From Raillietiella orientalis (lineage: Eukaryota): a stretch of DNA of 64,000 nt. Of this stretch, positions 13,129 through 24,769 are shown piece after piece. The notes beneath the pieces were generated by a model. That model was not told the origin of the DNA, searched no databases, and saw only the letters and a list, made by a program, of their open reading frames with translations. Position numbers and translations under genes: made by a program. How positions within the stretch are numbered: position 1 is the first letter of the stretch; every line of letters begins with the position of its first letter. The stretch is taken from positions 1 to 64,000 of the forward strand of contig JAYWIR010000126.1 of NCBI GenBank assembly GCA_036172245.1, given 5' to 3'.

Positions 13129-13471
13129 TGGAGATTCCGGAGCGTGACGCCTCTCAGGTATTCGCGAAGGTGTTCCTTCGCACCTGAGAGTCGCGTCCGG
13201 TCCCCCGGTAGACGCCAATCCCCGGATGGCGGTCTCTTGTCGCGAGGCCGCATCTCAAAAATTAACCGGGAGTGGTCCGACAACGTCGACGCAACCCTCC
13301 CCCGTTTGCCGACCCGTGAACACAGGTCAGCGTCGAGGAAGACGTAGTCGATGCTGAGGACCATTCCCTACTCACCCGCGAACAAGTTACGCGCACGCAT
13401 GGCGGCGTACAACTCGTTCATCGCGTTCTCTTGTGTTTTGGGCTCACCTGTTAGCAGTCGGAGATTGAAAT
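13129..13471 (-). mobile_element. LINE copy D, distal APE fragment
   Basis: SIDYVFLD...LSDH...WRLPGD; continuous with 19379 onward across the E insertion (TSD ATTGAAAT). Confidence 0.9.
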
Positions 13472-13784
13472 TTATCACCCGGTCACGCCGGAACGTTTAT
13501 TAATAATAATAAACTAGTCAGGGACAATTTACCCAACCAACAGAACGACAGAGAACATAGAAAAATTACCTGCACGCAGGCCTGGTGAACAAACCGCTCG
13601 CAGCGTGGGGGGAATGAGAGGAAACAAACAAAAATCAAAAACTGGAGGGAAGGGTAACGGGTTTTCGGTTAGGCTCCGTACTCACGGGGATTTAAACGAT
13701 GAGCACCTAAAATGTTCCGGAGCTCATGGGGATGCAAGTGTAAAAAGAAAATACAAAATTAGTTAATGGAGGGTAGGGCAATGA

Positions 13785-16700
13785 TCACCGGGTTGGCCGA
13801 TGCTGAGGGTGTGTAAACCGGCGGTGTATTGCGGCGAGATTCCTCTTTGTCTCCTCTGTCAAATGAGGCCATCTAGATGATGCTCCCATGTAGAAGGATG
13901 CTTTGCTGATTACCTCTTGGTGCTGTCCGTTGATTACCAACGCCCGGCGGACGGAAACTATCGCGCGTATGCAACCAATGGCTGCAATCCTTGCGCTTAG
14001 TTAAAGCCCGCTCGGCGTGAAAAATCGTCGCAGCAAGTCTCTTGCGGTGTCCACGGGATGCAATAGTGCTGTTGCCAGCCTACGCCACAGTCCTTGTAGG
14101 ACACCGCAGTCCAGAAGTAGGTGCGGAATCGACTCCGTCGATCCGCACCGAACGCAGTTCGCAGACGCAAGTCCCCCGGAGTCACGATGCCAACGCTCGT
14201 TGCACTGAAAACCCCAGTGAACGAAAAGCAGCACGCCTTGTTTCCAAGCAAGGGGGAGCAGCGAACTGTCAATACACTCTGGAGGGTCTACAAGTTCTTC
14301 GGGGGTGACAGCAAGTTCTTCTGCCCACCGGAGGAGTCCCTTTGCAGTAACACGAGGAGTGGCGGCGTCCGCCAACTCACTCGTCTTCCAGGCGTCAAGG
14401 ATTTTAATTTTTCCCGCTATCGTGCAGGAAACCTCCCACCTCGCCGGTTGGTAACTGTCGTTTCTTGCCCTGAGGGCAGACAGCGCTGCGGCAAGAGGCG
14501 TGGCAGCCAGAGTAGAAAACTTCACCTCGTCCTGCAGTACTTCTTCCAAGGATCGTGGAAAAAAGTGACGCAGGGGGCGAAGATCTTCAGGGCGTATTCC
14601 TTGGAACGCCGCCCAGGATTCAACAGACTCCTGCCGCCAAGCTTCAAAGTTCATTAAGCGGCAGGAGATCCACGAGTGAGCTTCCAGAAGTGCGGTCAAC
14701 TGCCGCAATGGAAACCCGAAACCCCGCTTCCTGTATTGAGTGCCCGGCAAAAGCGAGAGAAATGCTCCTCTGCCGGCGCATCTCCGCAGGAGGATGCGGG
14801 CTGGCACACACAGGGGTATGTCCATAGCTGGGCACACAGTTCCAGCAGTCGGAACTGCACCTGCAGTCCGATTCGCTCCATTGTCAGGATACCCAAACCA
14901 GCATGCCGACGCGGAGCTAACAAATCTTTAAGGCGGATTTTAAATCTCGCCGGACCCCAGAGAGCGTTCCTGAGCAGGCGCTTAGCCCGCTGTTTCGCCG
15001 CATAGGGAGGGGTCCAAAACAAAAAACTGGGGACGGAGGAGGGGGGCCACAAATGTGTTCCAAATAGTCGCTTGTTCCTGCAAGGTAAACTTGCGGTTAA
15101 CGAAAGGGCTGATGGCCAACTCTGCTTTGTGAACACAGTCCGCTCACGCTTCGGCTGCGCCGAAAGCGCCCAAGGGAACGCCGAGGTACTTAAAGTACCC
15201 GCCCGTGGGGATCCCCAGGCGGATCCAGTCGGACTGCACCTCCAACGACGTAGCCACAGAAACGACCACGCTCTTTTCTCTGTTCACGCACACGTCCGCT
15301 CCCCGACGAATCAGGTCGAAGAAATCCTCGACAATGGACGACGGGGTGGACATGGGGAGCAGAAGAAGCAGGTCATCAGCGTAGGCGGCCACGGCAGGCG
15401 TTCCCGGGCAGGAGCTAGTCAAGTGAGACAGCGTCAGCCTGTATGCTCTTAGCACCAACTCAAAGAAGATGCTGAAGAGCAACGGGCTTAAGCTGTCGCC
15501 CTGTCGGATGCCCCTACGAACGGGAATACCATACACGCAACAGCCGCTAAAAGTGATGCAGGTTACCGCGTGGCGAAAGCACGCGCGCAAATACAGCAGG
15601 AGTTGCGCCGGGAACCCAAGGCGTTCCATAAGCTCCAAAAGCAGCTTCTGGTTTACGCAGTCGAACGCCTTGTGGAGATCGACCGCGACCGCCAAGGCAC
15701 CTGGCGTTCCCTTCTGCCGTCGGCGCCTGTTCTTGTTGCCTGCGGCAGTGACTTTCGCAGCAGCCTGGCTTTGCTGCGCCACAACTTCCTGCAGCTGCAT
15801 CCATGTACGCGCGAAAAGGATGTTCGCCTCCATGGATCGTCCCGGAACCGCGTAGGTTTGTTCCGGGCTCACCACAGATTCCGCGATTCTTCCTAACCGC
15901 GCGACCCACAGCTTGGAAAACAACCTGACGTCCGAGTTCACCAAGGTGATCGGACGGCAGTTGTTAAGTTGGCGCAATTCTCCGCCTTTCGGCAGGAGAC
16001 GCACCTTCGCTGAGCGGATGGAATCAGGGACATTCCCGGATTCACTCATCAGCGTGGCGAGTTTCAGCATCAAGGGAATGAGCTCCACTGCATAGTACTG
16101 ATGAAACTCTGCAGGGAGCCCATCCTCGCCTGGCGCCTTTCGTCTCTTCAGCCCAGCGATTGCGGACGAAAATTCATCCGCCGTGAAGGGCTCGTTGAGA
16201 CGTTCGCGTTCCTCCTTGCCGACAACACGAGCATCTTGAGACAGGAGTATCTCAGAAAGGATATCCTCCGTCGGGGATTCCGCGTACAGCGAGGAGTAGT
16301 AGCGTCTCACAATGCGGCGTACTTCGGCTGGGGCCGAACATTCCTGGCCCTTGTCGTCCAACAGGCATGCTGCTCCGGACTGCCAGACCTGGCGCTCTGC
16401 CCTCGCCTTGTACTCTGCGAGACGCCCGACATCCGCGCTTCTCAAAAACGTGCGGGCCTGCAGAATGTCTCTACTGTTGGCCACGCCCTCTCCGAAACCG
16501 CGTGGAAGCCAGTGCAAGGGGAATTGGCAACAGAAATCGCGGACAGATCTTTTGAGATCGTCCCAGTTGGCAAGTTCTTGAATGGCAAAGCCCCGGAGGT
16601 ATCCACGTAGATGCTCCGCAGCCTCCGGTTGGCTAAGCCAATCCGCCTGCATCCTCCAGCTTGGCAACGGAGGCCATCTGCCTGGCGGAAGGATCTCAAA

Positions 16701-17378
16701 CTCCAACCTGTGGTGGTCAGAAAGCTCAGTCAACAATCTTCCACTCCTACCCACACGCGAATGCAGGTTTTCATCGAGGAAAACGTCATCGAGCGATCTT
16801 TGCATTCCAGGTTCGCTGACCATCAAGTTTGCGGCGTGCACGGACGCGCACATCTCGATGGGCAGCGCGCGCTCCCTCAGGCGGCTCCAATCGTCGGAGA
16901 GCAGGCGGACGTTGAAGTCCCCAGCGACGAGGTGCGCCACTTGGAAGCCGGAGTTGTTGAGCCAGTGGCTCTGCACCTCACCAAAGAAAGCTACTCTTTC
17001 TTCGAGGTAGCGAGAGCCACTCGGAGCGTAGACGTTCGTAACGACGCGATCGATGGACTCGGACCACTTGATGACAAGCTGGCCTATCCGTCCGTCGTCA
17101 TCGAAACAAACACTACGCACCGCTTCCGCCATTTGTCCTCTTACGAGGAACGCGACGCCGCACGTGCGTGCGCCGCCGCACCGCCAATGTAGCGTTCCGC
17201 CTGCGCGCTTCTCGATTTCGGCTGCCTGCTCCTCGGATATTACGTGAATCACCTGCAGCAGCGCGAGGTCGAAGGGGCGCAGGGCGTTGGCTACTAATCG
17301 CCTCTTCTCGTCGTTCTGCAGTGCGTTCACGTTCCATCACGTTACGGACAGAAGACGAGAAGACGCGATTCCCCGCAT
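13785..17378 (-). pseudogene. ORF2 of copy E
   Basis: 728-aa APE-RT ORF 15144-17330 (HKAFD, AYADD); frameshifted C-terminus with CVRCGSTESIPHLLLDC. Confidence 0.92.
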
Positions 17379-19299
17379 TACTGCTGGGAAGGTTGCAGCT
17401 TTTTGCTCGCTTTATCCGGCGAGCAGATGGCGAGCAGCACGACTGGCTGGAGGGGACGGTCGCCACCGTCCTCTATCGTGCTGCTTGCATGTAATGCGTA
17501 CACGCCAGGCTGAACCCCGTCGGGTTTCGTGGAGACTTAACGTTGCTTCGCGGCGAGCGTTGCCTGGCTGCCTACTTTTGATCGGCGCGCACACGCTTTC
17601 GAACGAGTTGTCCTCGTCTCGGTGATCGGAACGGCATCCATTTCGGAGTCCGACCGGCGCATGTTCGATCGGGTTTCGGCATTCCGCGAAGCAGTGACAG
17701 GTTCTGCTGGATTGACAGCTGTCCTGTTTTCGTTTTCCGTCACCAGAGCATCGCTTTTGGTGACGGCTGCTTTCCCGGCGCGCGCGTTTTCAGCGTGCTC
17801 ACGCGCAGTAGCACGAGGTACCTTTGCTGAAGTCTGCTTTACTTCATTACGGTTCCTACTTCGCGTGGCGCCGTAAATGGAGATTGTGCTCCATGGCCAT
17901 CTTTGAAGCCATCCGCGTCTTTGAACAGGAGCACTTTGGATGGCTTCGACACACTCGTCATGGACGCTGCCTTCGGAAGGGCTTTTAATCCCTTCGTTGG
18001 CATGGCATCCGCGCCACTCTAGAGCTTGCTCTCCCACTGCGACGGCGTGAGATTTTTCTTCGCTTTCGCGGTGTTGGATCGCGACGCGGATTTTTTTTTG
18101 CCGACTCCCGAAGTCGACACGGCACAACCCTTCTTACCCGATTTGGGCTTCTCAGCCACTGCAGCAGGTGAAGGAATGGATCTGACGGTACTGGAAGTGT
18201 CCTTACCGCCGTTGTCCATTGGCGTCCCCGCCGGTTGCTCGAACTCCGAGAGAGCCGGGCGTGCTTGGGAAGGACAGCTATTGCGCCTAGGGGGACTTTC
18301 CATTGCCCCGGATTCCCCGCACCCTTTCTTTTGCGGCTCCCATGCCGCGAGAGGGGGTGCGCAGGGCTTCGCGTGCGAGGTTTCCTGCTGCTTTGGGGCG
18401 ACATTCCGCCTCGCGTTTTTACCGAATTTCTGCCGTGGGGTCTCCAGGTTTTTCGCAGATTTTTTTTTTTTATCCGCGCTTTGTTTTTTAAAATGAAGCT
18501 CCGCGGCTGGCTTTTTTCGCAAAAGATCCGGGCAATTTTTCAATTGGTGCCCGGATAGTTTGCAATAACGGCATTTTCCAGAGGGGCATTTATCCAAACA
18601 ATGCTCCTTCTTCCCGCATTGCTCGCACGTTCTTACTTTGCCCACAAACCACAGGTGAACGACCGTGTCTTTCACCTGTAGTTTGGTGGGCAGCAGACGG
18701 CGGTCCGGCATTGTAAGCCGGACTCCAGCGACTCCGCTGTGTATGGACGGGAAGTCCTTGAGGTTGCTACGCACACTCCACAGCGCATGGACCGAGGCGA
18801 ATTTCTCCAACGCGTTCCGAATATCAGTATCGGAGATTTGCGACTCGATGTCGAAAATCTCGACCACAAATGAGTCGTCCATGGCGGCCGGGAAGACCTT
18901 CTGGCCACGGATCGACAACGGGGTGCGCAGCAAGCGTTGCACAAGTGCAGCGTCTTTGCAACGCACCTTGAAATAGTTCATGTCTTTAACGGGCATAATG
19001 GCGAGAAGGTCCTCCTCCCGCACGCCAACACGGGTCAGTTCATCGTTGAACTGATTCCCGTCGAGCGCAGAAAGAAAACCACTCACCTTATATCGGAGAG
19101 CAGGTCTATAGCCTTGGGTTACGTATGCCCGCAACTCCGACTCGTCGAGTGGTTTCCCTTTGACAGCTGCTGTGGCAGCAACGTCAGCAAAACTCCTCTC
19201 CATTGGCGAGAAAGAAGAAGTGGAGGCGGCCGTCGGTTCTGCGATTGCAGATCCGGATGCTTTTCCTCCAACTTCAGGAGCTTAGGGTTGGGTCGACAT
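17378..19299 (-). pseudogene. ORF1 of copy E
   Basis: 18019-19203 with knuckles CEQCGKKEHCLDKC and CRYCKLSGHQLKNC; early stop and frameshift; TAATG junction. Confidence 0.88.
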
Positions 19300-19378
19300 C
19301 TTCGTCAAAATGCACGACGCCAAGATGAAGCGGATGAAAGCACGGAGATGAGAGCGAAGAAAAACACGTCCGCACTCA

Positions 19379-21820
19379 ATTGAAATCTTCCGCTATCAGG
19401 TGAGCCTTTCCCACATTGGTATCCGCCAGCTAGTCGCGTTTCAGGGTTTCCAACAGCCTAGTGCAGTCGCAATACCCCTGTTTGCCGCTTAGGCCATACA
19501 CGTTTGTGACGATTAGTTCGATCGAGTCGGACCAGCTGAGAATCAGCTGACCGAACCGACCGTCGTCATCAAACCGCACGCCCTTTACAGCAGCGTCTAT
19601 GGCCGGCTTCACGAAGAACGCGACCCCACAGGTGTTGCGGAGGCCGCATCGCCAATACAACCGACCACCCGCGATCGTCTCGATCTCCTGGGCGTCTGCC
19701 GCGGTGATCACGTGGATCTCCTGCAGCAGCGCCAGGTGGAGCTCACGCAGGGTGTCGGCCGTATCTCGCCTGTTCCCGTCGTCCCTCAGCCCGTTGACGT
19801 TCCGACAGGCCGCGCGAATCCGACGGCGACTGGCGAGCCCAGGTGTTACTCCTGGGAAAACGGCGATGCGGCGTACGCCACCTGCTGATGCGGGACGCTA
19901 GGTGGAGGGGGAGGGGGGACAGGTACTGAAGGCACCTGTTCCTCCTCCTCCATCGGTGCCGGCGCGTCGGCCGGATCACCCGCAGGTGGAGTCGCGCCTA
20001 CCTGTTCGCCCTCGTATATGGGTTCGGGCTGCTCAGGTTTCGCGACTGCAGGGAGGACTTCACCCCCCTGCTCTCCCTCCTCCATGGGGGTGGCCGACTC
20101 GACGGCTTCCGGACGTGGGTATTCCCCCTTCGCGATTCCCACGCTGCCGCTTCCTTCCGGTTTCTCCTCCTCGCTGGTGGAGGGGAGGCTCCTCCTGGGT
20201 TTCTGGGACTTGCGTCCCGACTTCCTGGGGGTTGCCTCCGAGGAGGAGGATCCGCTTCCGGCCCCCCGGTCGCACTCACCTGCGGGGGCCATCTTGGTCG
20301 GAGCCAACCTGCGTACGCCCTTGCGCGACGGGGTTCGGCGCTCGGCGAGCGTTGCTGCGTGCTCCTCTGCCGCTTTCTCGAAGGCCACGTCTTCGCCAGC
20401 GGCGACGGTTGCCGCGCACTGCTCCGCGACCTTATCGAGCGCGGCTTCATCGCTGACGGCGAACGTTGCCGCGGGCTCCTCCGCGGCTTTGTCGATCGCG
20501 GCGTCCTGGTTGTCGGCGCGCAAGTCTCGCGTCTCACCCTCTAAACGTAGAATGGGCTCGTCCACGCGAGTATTCATCGCGTCCGCATCAGCTGTTCTGC
20601 GAACATTGCCGCTGGCGGACTCGGCAGGAACGGCTAAGCGTTCGAGTGCCACCGAGCATTAGCGGAGTTGCTTTTTTTTTTGAAACCGGCGCGGCTTTTT
20701 TCTTGTTGCCGGCAGTTTTCTTCTACGACTTTTCTTCTGGCATTAATTTCTTTTTTTTTTCTTTTCTGGCCTGAACCAGCTGCCAACCCTCCTCCATTTC
20801 CGCGTTCACGGGAGCTCTTTCCTCCGACGTCTGTACGGGAGGAAGGGAGGCTGGCAGTTGGGAACGGCCATTTTCGCGAGCTGGTCTTTCTACCAACTTT
20901 CCACGTTTTCCCTGCGCCTTTTTGGCGGCAGGGGGCACCGGGATGGGGCGCTTGGGGCACACGCGAGGAACGTGACCCTTTTCGCCGCATAGGTGGCACA
21001 GAATGTTTGGGCACCTCTTTCGTAAATGCTCTACTGCATTGCAGTAACCACAAAATTGGCGTTTCCCCACGTACCAGGGGTCCACCGCTTCTTGGCAGAC
21101 CTCCAGCTTGTGGGGAAGCGCACCACCCTCTTTTACGGTGATACGCGCCGCAGCTTGAACTCCGAAAAGGCTATTGTAGCCTAGGAAAATCGTGGAGTTC
21201 GGCCACAACGCGTGCACTTCTGCGTGCTTTTCTAACTGTTCGCGAACCGCTGACCTTGTCATGCGACTGGAGATCCCAGTGAGATGGACCACCACCGAGC
21301 GCTCCAACTTTAGAAGCAAGATCTTCCGACCATCAACGAACAGCGGGTCGGTGATCAGGTGTCAGGCCAAGGTGATATCCTTGCATACCACCTCGACCCG
21401 CTGCCCGCCGCTGAGTACGCAGAGGCCGTCGAGATCTTTTTCGAAAATATTGGCGTTCTGCAGCGCCTTCGTAAAGGCGCGTGCAGTTTGCCCATCGAAA
21501 AGGTTGCCTACCTTGTAAACTTGCGAGGGTTTATACCCCGCTTTCTTGTAGGCTTCCATCTCGGCCATGGCTTCCACGCTAGGCACGGCCGCCATGGCGC
21601 TCCATGACCTCGGTGTCGCCGGGGACGATTCCGGGGCGGATGCCCCTGATCCAGTAGGCTGTATGGACGAACAAGCCTCCATCACGCTTACTTTCATCGC
21701 GGTGTCCTCTGGCAACGCTGCCATCGGACACCGACGATGTGCACGCAGAAATCACTCAAGAAAGAAAAACCACTCGCTTTGCCACGCAAGCGGAGCGCGG
21801 GAAAAGCACGTCCGCTCTCC
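19379..21820 (-). mobile_element. LINE copy D, 5' part (5' UTR, disrupted ORF1 19846-21724, start of APE)
   Basis: 5' GGAGAGCGGACGTGCTTTT; ORF1 fragments homologous to A and J1; TAACA junction at 19844-19848. Confidence 0.93.
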
Positions 21821-24769
21821 ACAGCGGGCATTCAGCAAAGGGGCTCGCAACGAACGCGCGTATTTGCACGCGCGTCGTCACGAGAGGAACCCCAATGTCC
21901 GTCGCCTGGCCGAATACCGCGCCGGAGCCAAGCGACAAGCCTGGAAATCCGGGTCAGCCAGCATGCCGGATGACCTGGGCCGGGAACGTTCGTCTCCGTC
22001 TGCGGTACGGAATCTCGTGCGGTGTTTTTATTCTTCCCTTCACGCCAAAACACCACTCGAACAAAACGCTTCGCGGCGATTGCTCATGAGCGGTTCCTTG
22101 GCGATAGGGGAGGAGGAGAGAGAAAGCCTCGATGAGCCTTTCACGACCGGTGAAATTCGCGCCGTTATCAAAATGCTCAAGAGGCGTAAGGCGCCAGGGG
22201 AGGACGGCTTGTTCGCGGAGTTCTTTCAGAGTTTCGCGGAATAACTGTCCCCCCTGGTGCTCGAGTTGACAAGGCGAATTCGAGACGAAGGCGATGTTCC
22301 CGCCTCGTTTCGGTCAGCCAGGGTGAGGCTCCTCGCGAAGGGAGGAGACCTCAGGAAACTTTGTAGCTGGCGTCCCAACACGATTGTAAACACGGACGCC
22401 AAGTTCATTTCCGGGCTGTGGGCGTCGCGATTGGGGCAGGTGTCCAATTCCATAATTAGCCCGAAACAGACTTACGCTGTTCCCGGGTGAAGTATGGACG
22501 ACAACCTCTTCTTCGCGAGCACACGGATGCACGCGCAGCGGAGTAAGAAAGAAGGGAAAGGAAAAATTTGCAACCCTACTTTAGGGCCGCCAGTAGGACA
22601 GGGTAGGGACGCTCATGCGGGAAAGGGGGCCTTAGCGATCTCAGTCGACCTGCATAAGGCATTCGACTGTGTTGATCAGGAACTCCTCTTGGAGCTCCTG
22701 GGTCGCATGGGCTTTCCACCCTCCTTGATTACCTACCTTCGCTCTTGCTGCCGAAACGCGATAATCTCGATTGATTTCAGTGGACAAAAGGTGTATGGCG
22801 TGCCGGTGCGGCGGGGCATAAGGCAGGGCGACAGCCTCAGCCCCCTGCTTTTTAGCACCTACGCTGAGTTGGTGCTGAGAGCGTACATGGAGACTTTGGC
22901 CCCCTTGCCGAGCTCGTGCTTCGGCACGCCAGCTGTAGCGGCGTATGCCGACGATCTTCTGCTCCTCTTACCTATGTCCACCCCAGCTGAGGCAGTCGGA
23001 GATTTCTTCGACCTGCTTAGCCGTGGGGCCGGATTACATGTTAACAGGGCGAAGTCGTCAGTGTTGCCAGCTGGAGTGACGTGCGCAGGGCAGCAGGACT
23101 GGGTCCGTCTAGGGATCCCCACGGTGAGGTGCATCAAGTACCTCGGTGTGCCGTTGGGGGACTTCTCCCCTGCGGAAGCGTGTTCCAGCTGCCTCCAAAA
23201 AGTCGAGACGGCGATCGGCCCGTTCCTGGAAGGCAAGTTTCACTCGCCGGAACGGGCCGCGGTTTGGAACGCCTTCGCGGCCTTCATCCTCCGCCCCTTG
23301 CTTTTTGTTTGCCTCGACCCCGTGGAAGCAAAAAAGCGGACGAAGGACCTCCTTCGCATAGCTCTTTGGGGCAAGGGGAGGCCCCGATTCCTTTTGAAGG
23401 ACTTGTGCGCTCCGCGTCGGGACGGCGGTCTCAGCATCCTGACGCTGGAGCCCGTGGAAATCCATCTGCGATGGCAAACCCTCGCCATCGCAGCGAAGAT
23501 GTGGAGCACCGCTTGCTGCATTCAGGCCCGCCTCCTGGACAGGCGTGTGTCCCTCTGCGAAGGACTCGCATCGTTTCTTCTGTGCCCTGGCCGGAAGATT
23601 CGAAGATGCGGCCTACAGCTCGGATGCATGGCAACCCTGGCAAAGGAGAACGACTGGATGGTTTGTGGCCCTGCCAACTCCTCCGCTTGGCTGGAAGAGA
23701 CTGCTGGCACATGGGCCAAGCAGAACCAGATGTGCGAAGACCGGATGAACTGCCTGCGTGTCGGCTTTTACGCCCACCGCACTCTCCGTGAAATTCTTCA
23801 ATTTCCACCGAGTTGCACGTGGGCGGAAGGCACACCCCTTGTTACGGCGATGCCCTCCCTCCAAAGGGCGCTTCACGAAAGCGGGAAGTCAAGGAGGCAA
23901 GTCTGCTGCCGTATCGCAGGCACAGAGAAGATGATGAGCGGCTGGACCATGTGAGAGTTGACAGATGCAACGACCCCTGGTCTCCAGCCGCGCGGATTAA
24001 GAAGATGGGGCGAGTTGCTCGGCATTCGATTGGATGAACTGAAGTGGCGCCCGTTCCTACTTGGATCCAGGATTCTTCTTCTGAAGTGGCAAGAATCGGC
24101 GCTTCTGTGGCTCCTTTGGGGTCTACCCTGCAGCGCGAGCCGTTTCCACTGGACGCGGGGAAGAGTAAATCCTGCGTGTGCAAGGTGTGGGGAGCGGGAG
24201 TCGCTCCCTCACCTCGTAGTTGAATCCCTTGCCGTCTGGATTCTTTGGGATCGTCTGAAAACGGCCCTCCGGATACCGGATGGTGGCAATGTTGGATGTG
24301 TCTTCAGTCCTGTCTTCGTGCGGGACGCCCTCAGTCCAGCCGCAGCCCTGGCAGCACTTTGCTGCATTCGTGGTATCTTGGCGGCCTGGAGTGATGCCGA
24401 AGATCAAGACTGCATCGTGAGGGACGTCATCGAGTATGCTTCTCGCTTCCTACAGAGAGCTACCCGATGGCCCAATCTAGGAAAACTGAAAATGGAACAA
24501 GAAGGCATCCTGCAAAGGATGGGCGCTCCCAGCAGTCTTCTGTGATCCATTCCCGGCCCTCCAAACTCTTTTTTGTGGCTTGTTTTTCTCTTTTATTTTA
24601 TTTTCGTTTTCTCCCCCATCCCCCTCCAATACCGAGGAGAGCCACACCGGGCTGCGTCCCGGTGTCCCGGCAGTTCCGGTATTACTTGGCCGTCAGTGGG
24701 GCCTTGTATCACGTTCTGTATTGACCGTTGAAATGTTTTTAATAAACGTCCCGGCGTATCCGGGTGGCA
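21821..24769 (+). mobile_element. LINE copy F, 3' half (linker-RT-ZnF-3' UTR)
   Basis: RT ORF 22494-23954 (AYADD), C-terminal ORF 23958-24545, AATAAA 24741-24746 plus hairpin. Confidence 0.94.

Larger units (their letters stand above)
13472..19378 (-). mobile_element. LINE copy E, full length (5.9 kb), divergent subfamily, sense insertion in the APE of D
   Basis: Perfect 8-bp TSD ATTGAAAT at 13464-13471 and 19379-19386; 5' GAGTGCGGACGTGTTTTTC; 3' AATAAA plus hairpin. Confidence 0.95.
13129..19633. repeat. Direct segmental duplication, copy 1 (copy 2 at about 34953-41647)
   Basis: Offset about 21.8 kb (14696-15136 = 36519-36959, near-identical translation); both E junctions shared. Confidence 0.93.

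Noticed and set aside
13464..13471. Nucleotide-level target consensus (Tx1-style sequence specificity or L1 TT/AAAA)
   Set aside because: The sequences following the 3' ends (tggaga, atttca, cgccca, ctatca, cctcca, cctgtg, tcgaac, gaagtg) share no motif, and TSDs vary from about 5 to 12 bp
15144..17330. YADD RT as a bacterial group II intron, retron or DGR
   Set aside because: The N-terminal APE, gag-like ORF1, TSDs and AATAAA identify eukaryotic non-LTR elements
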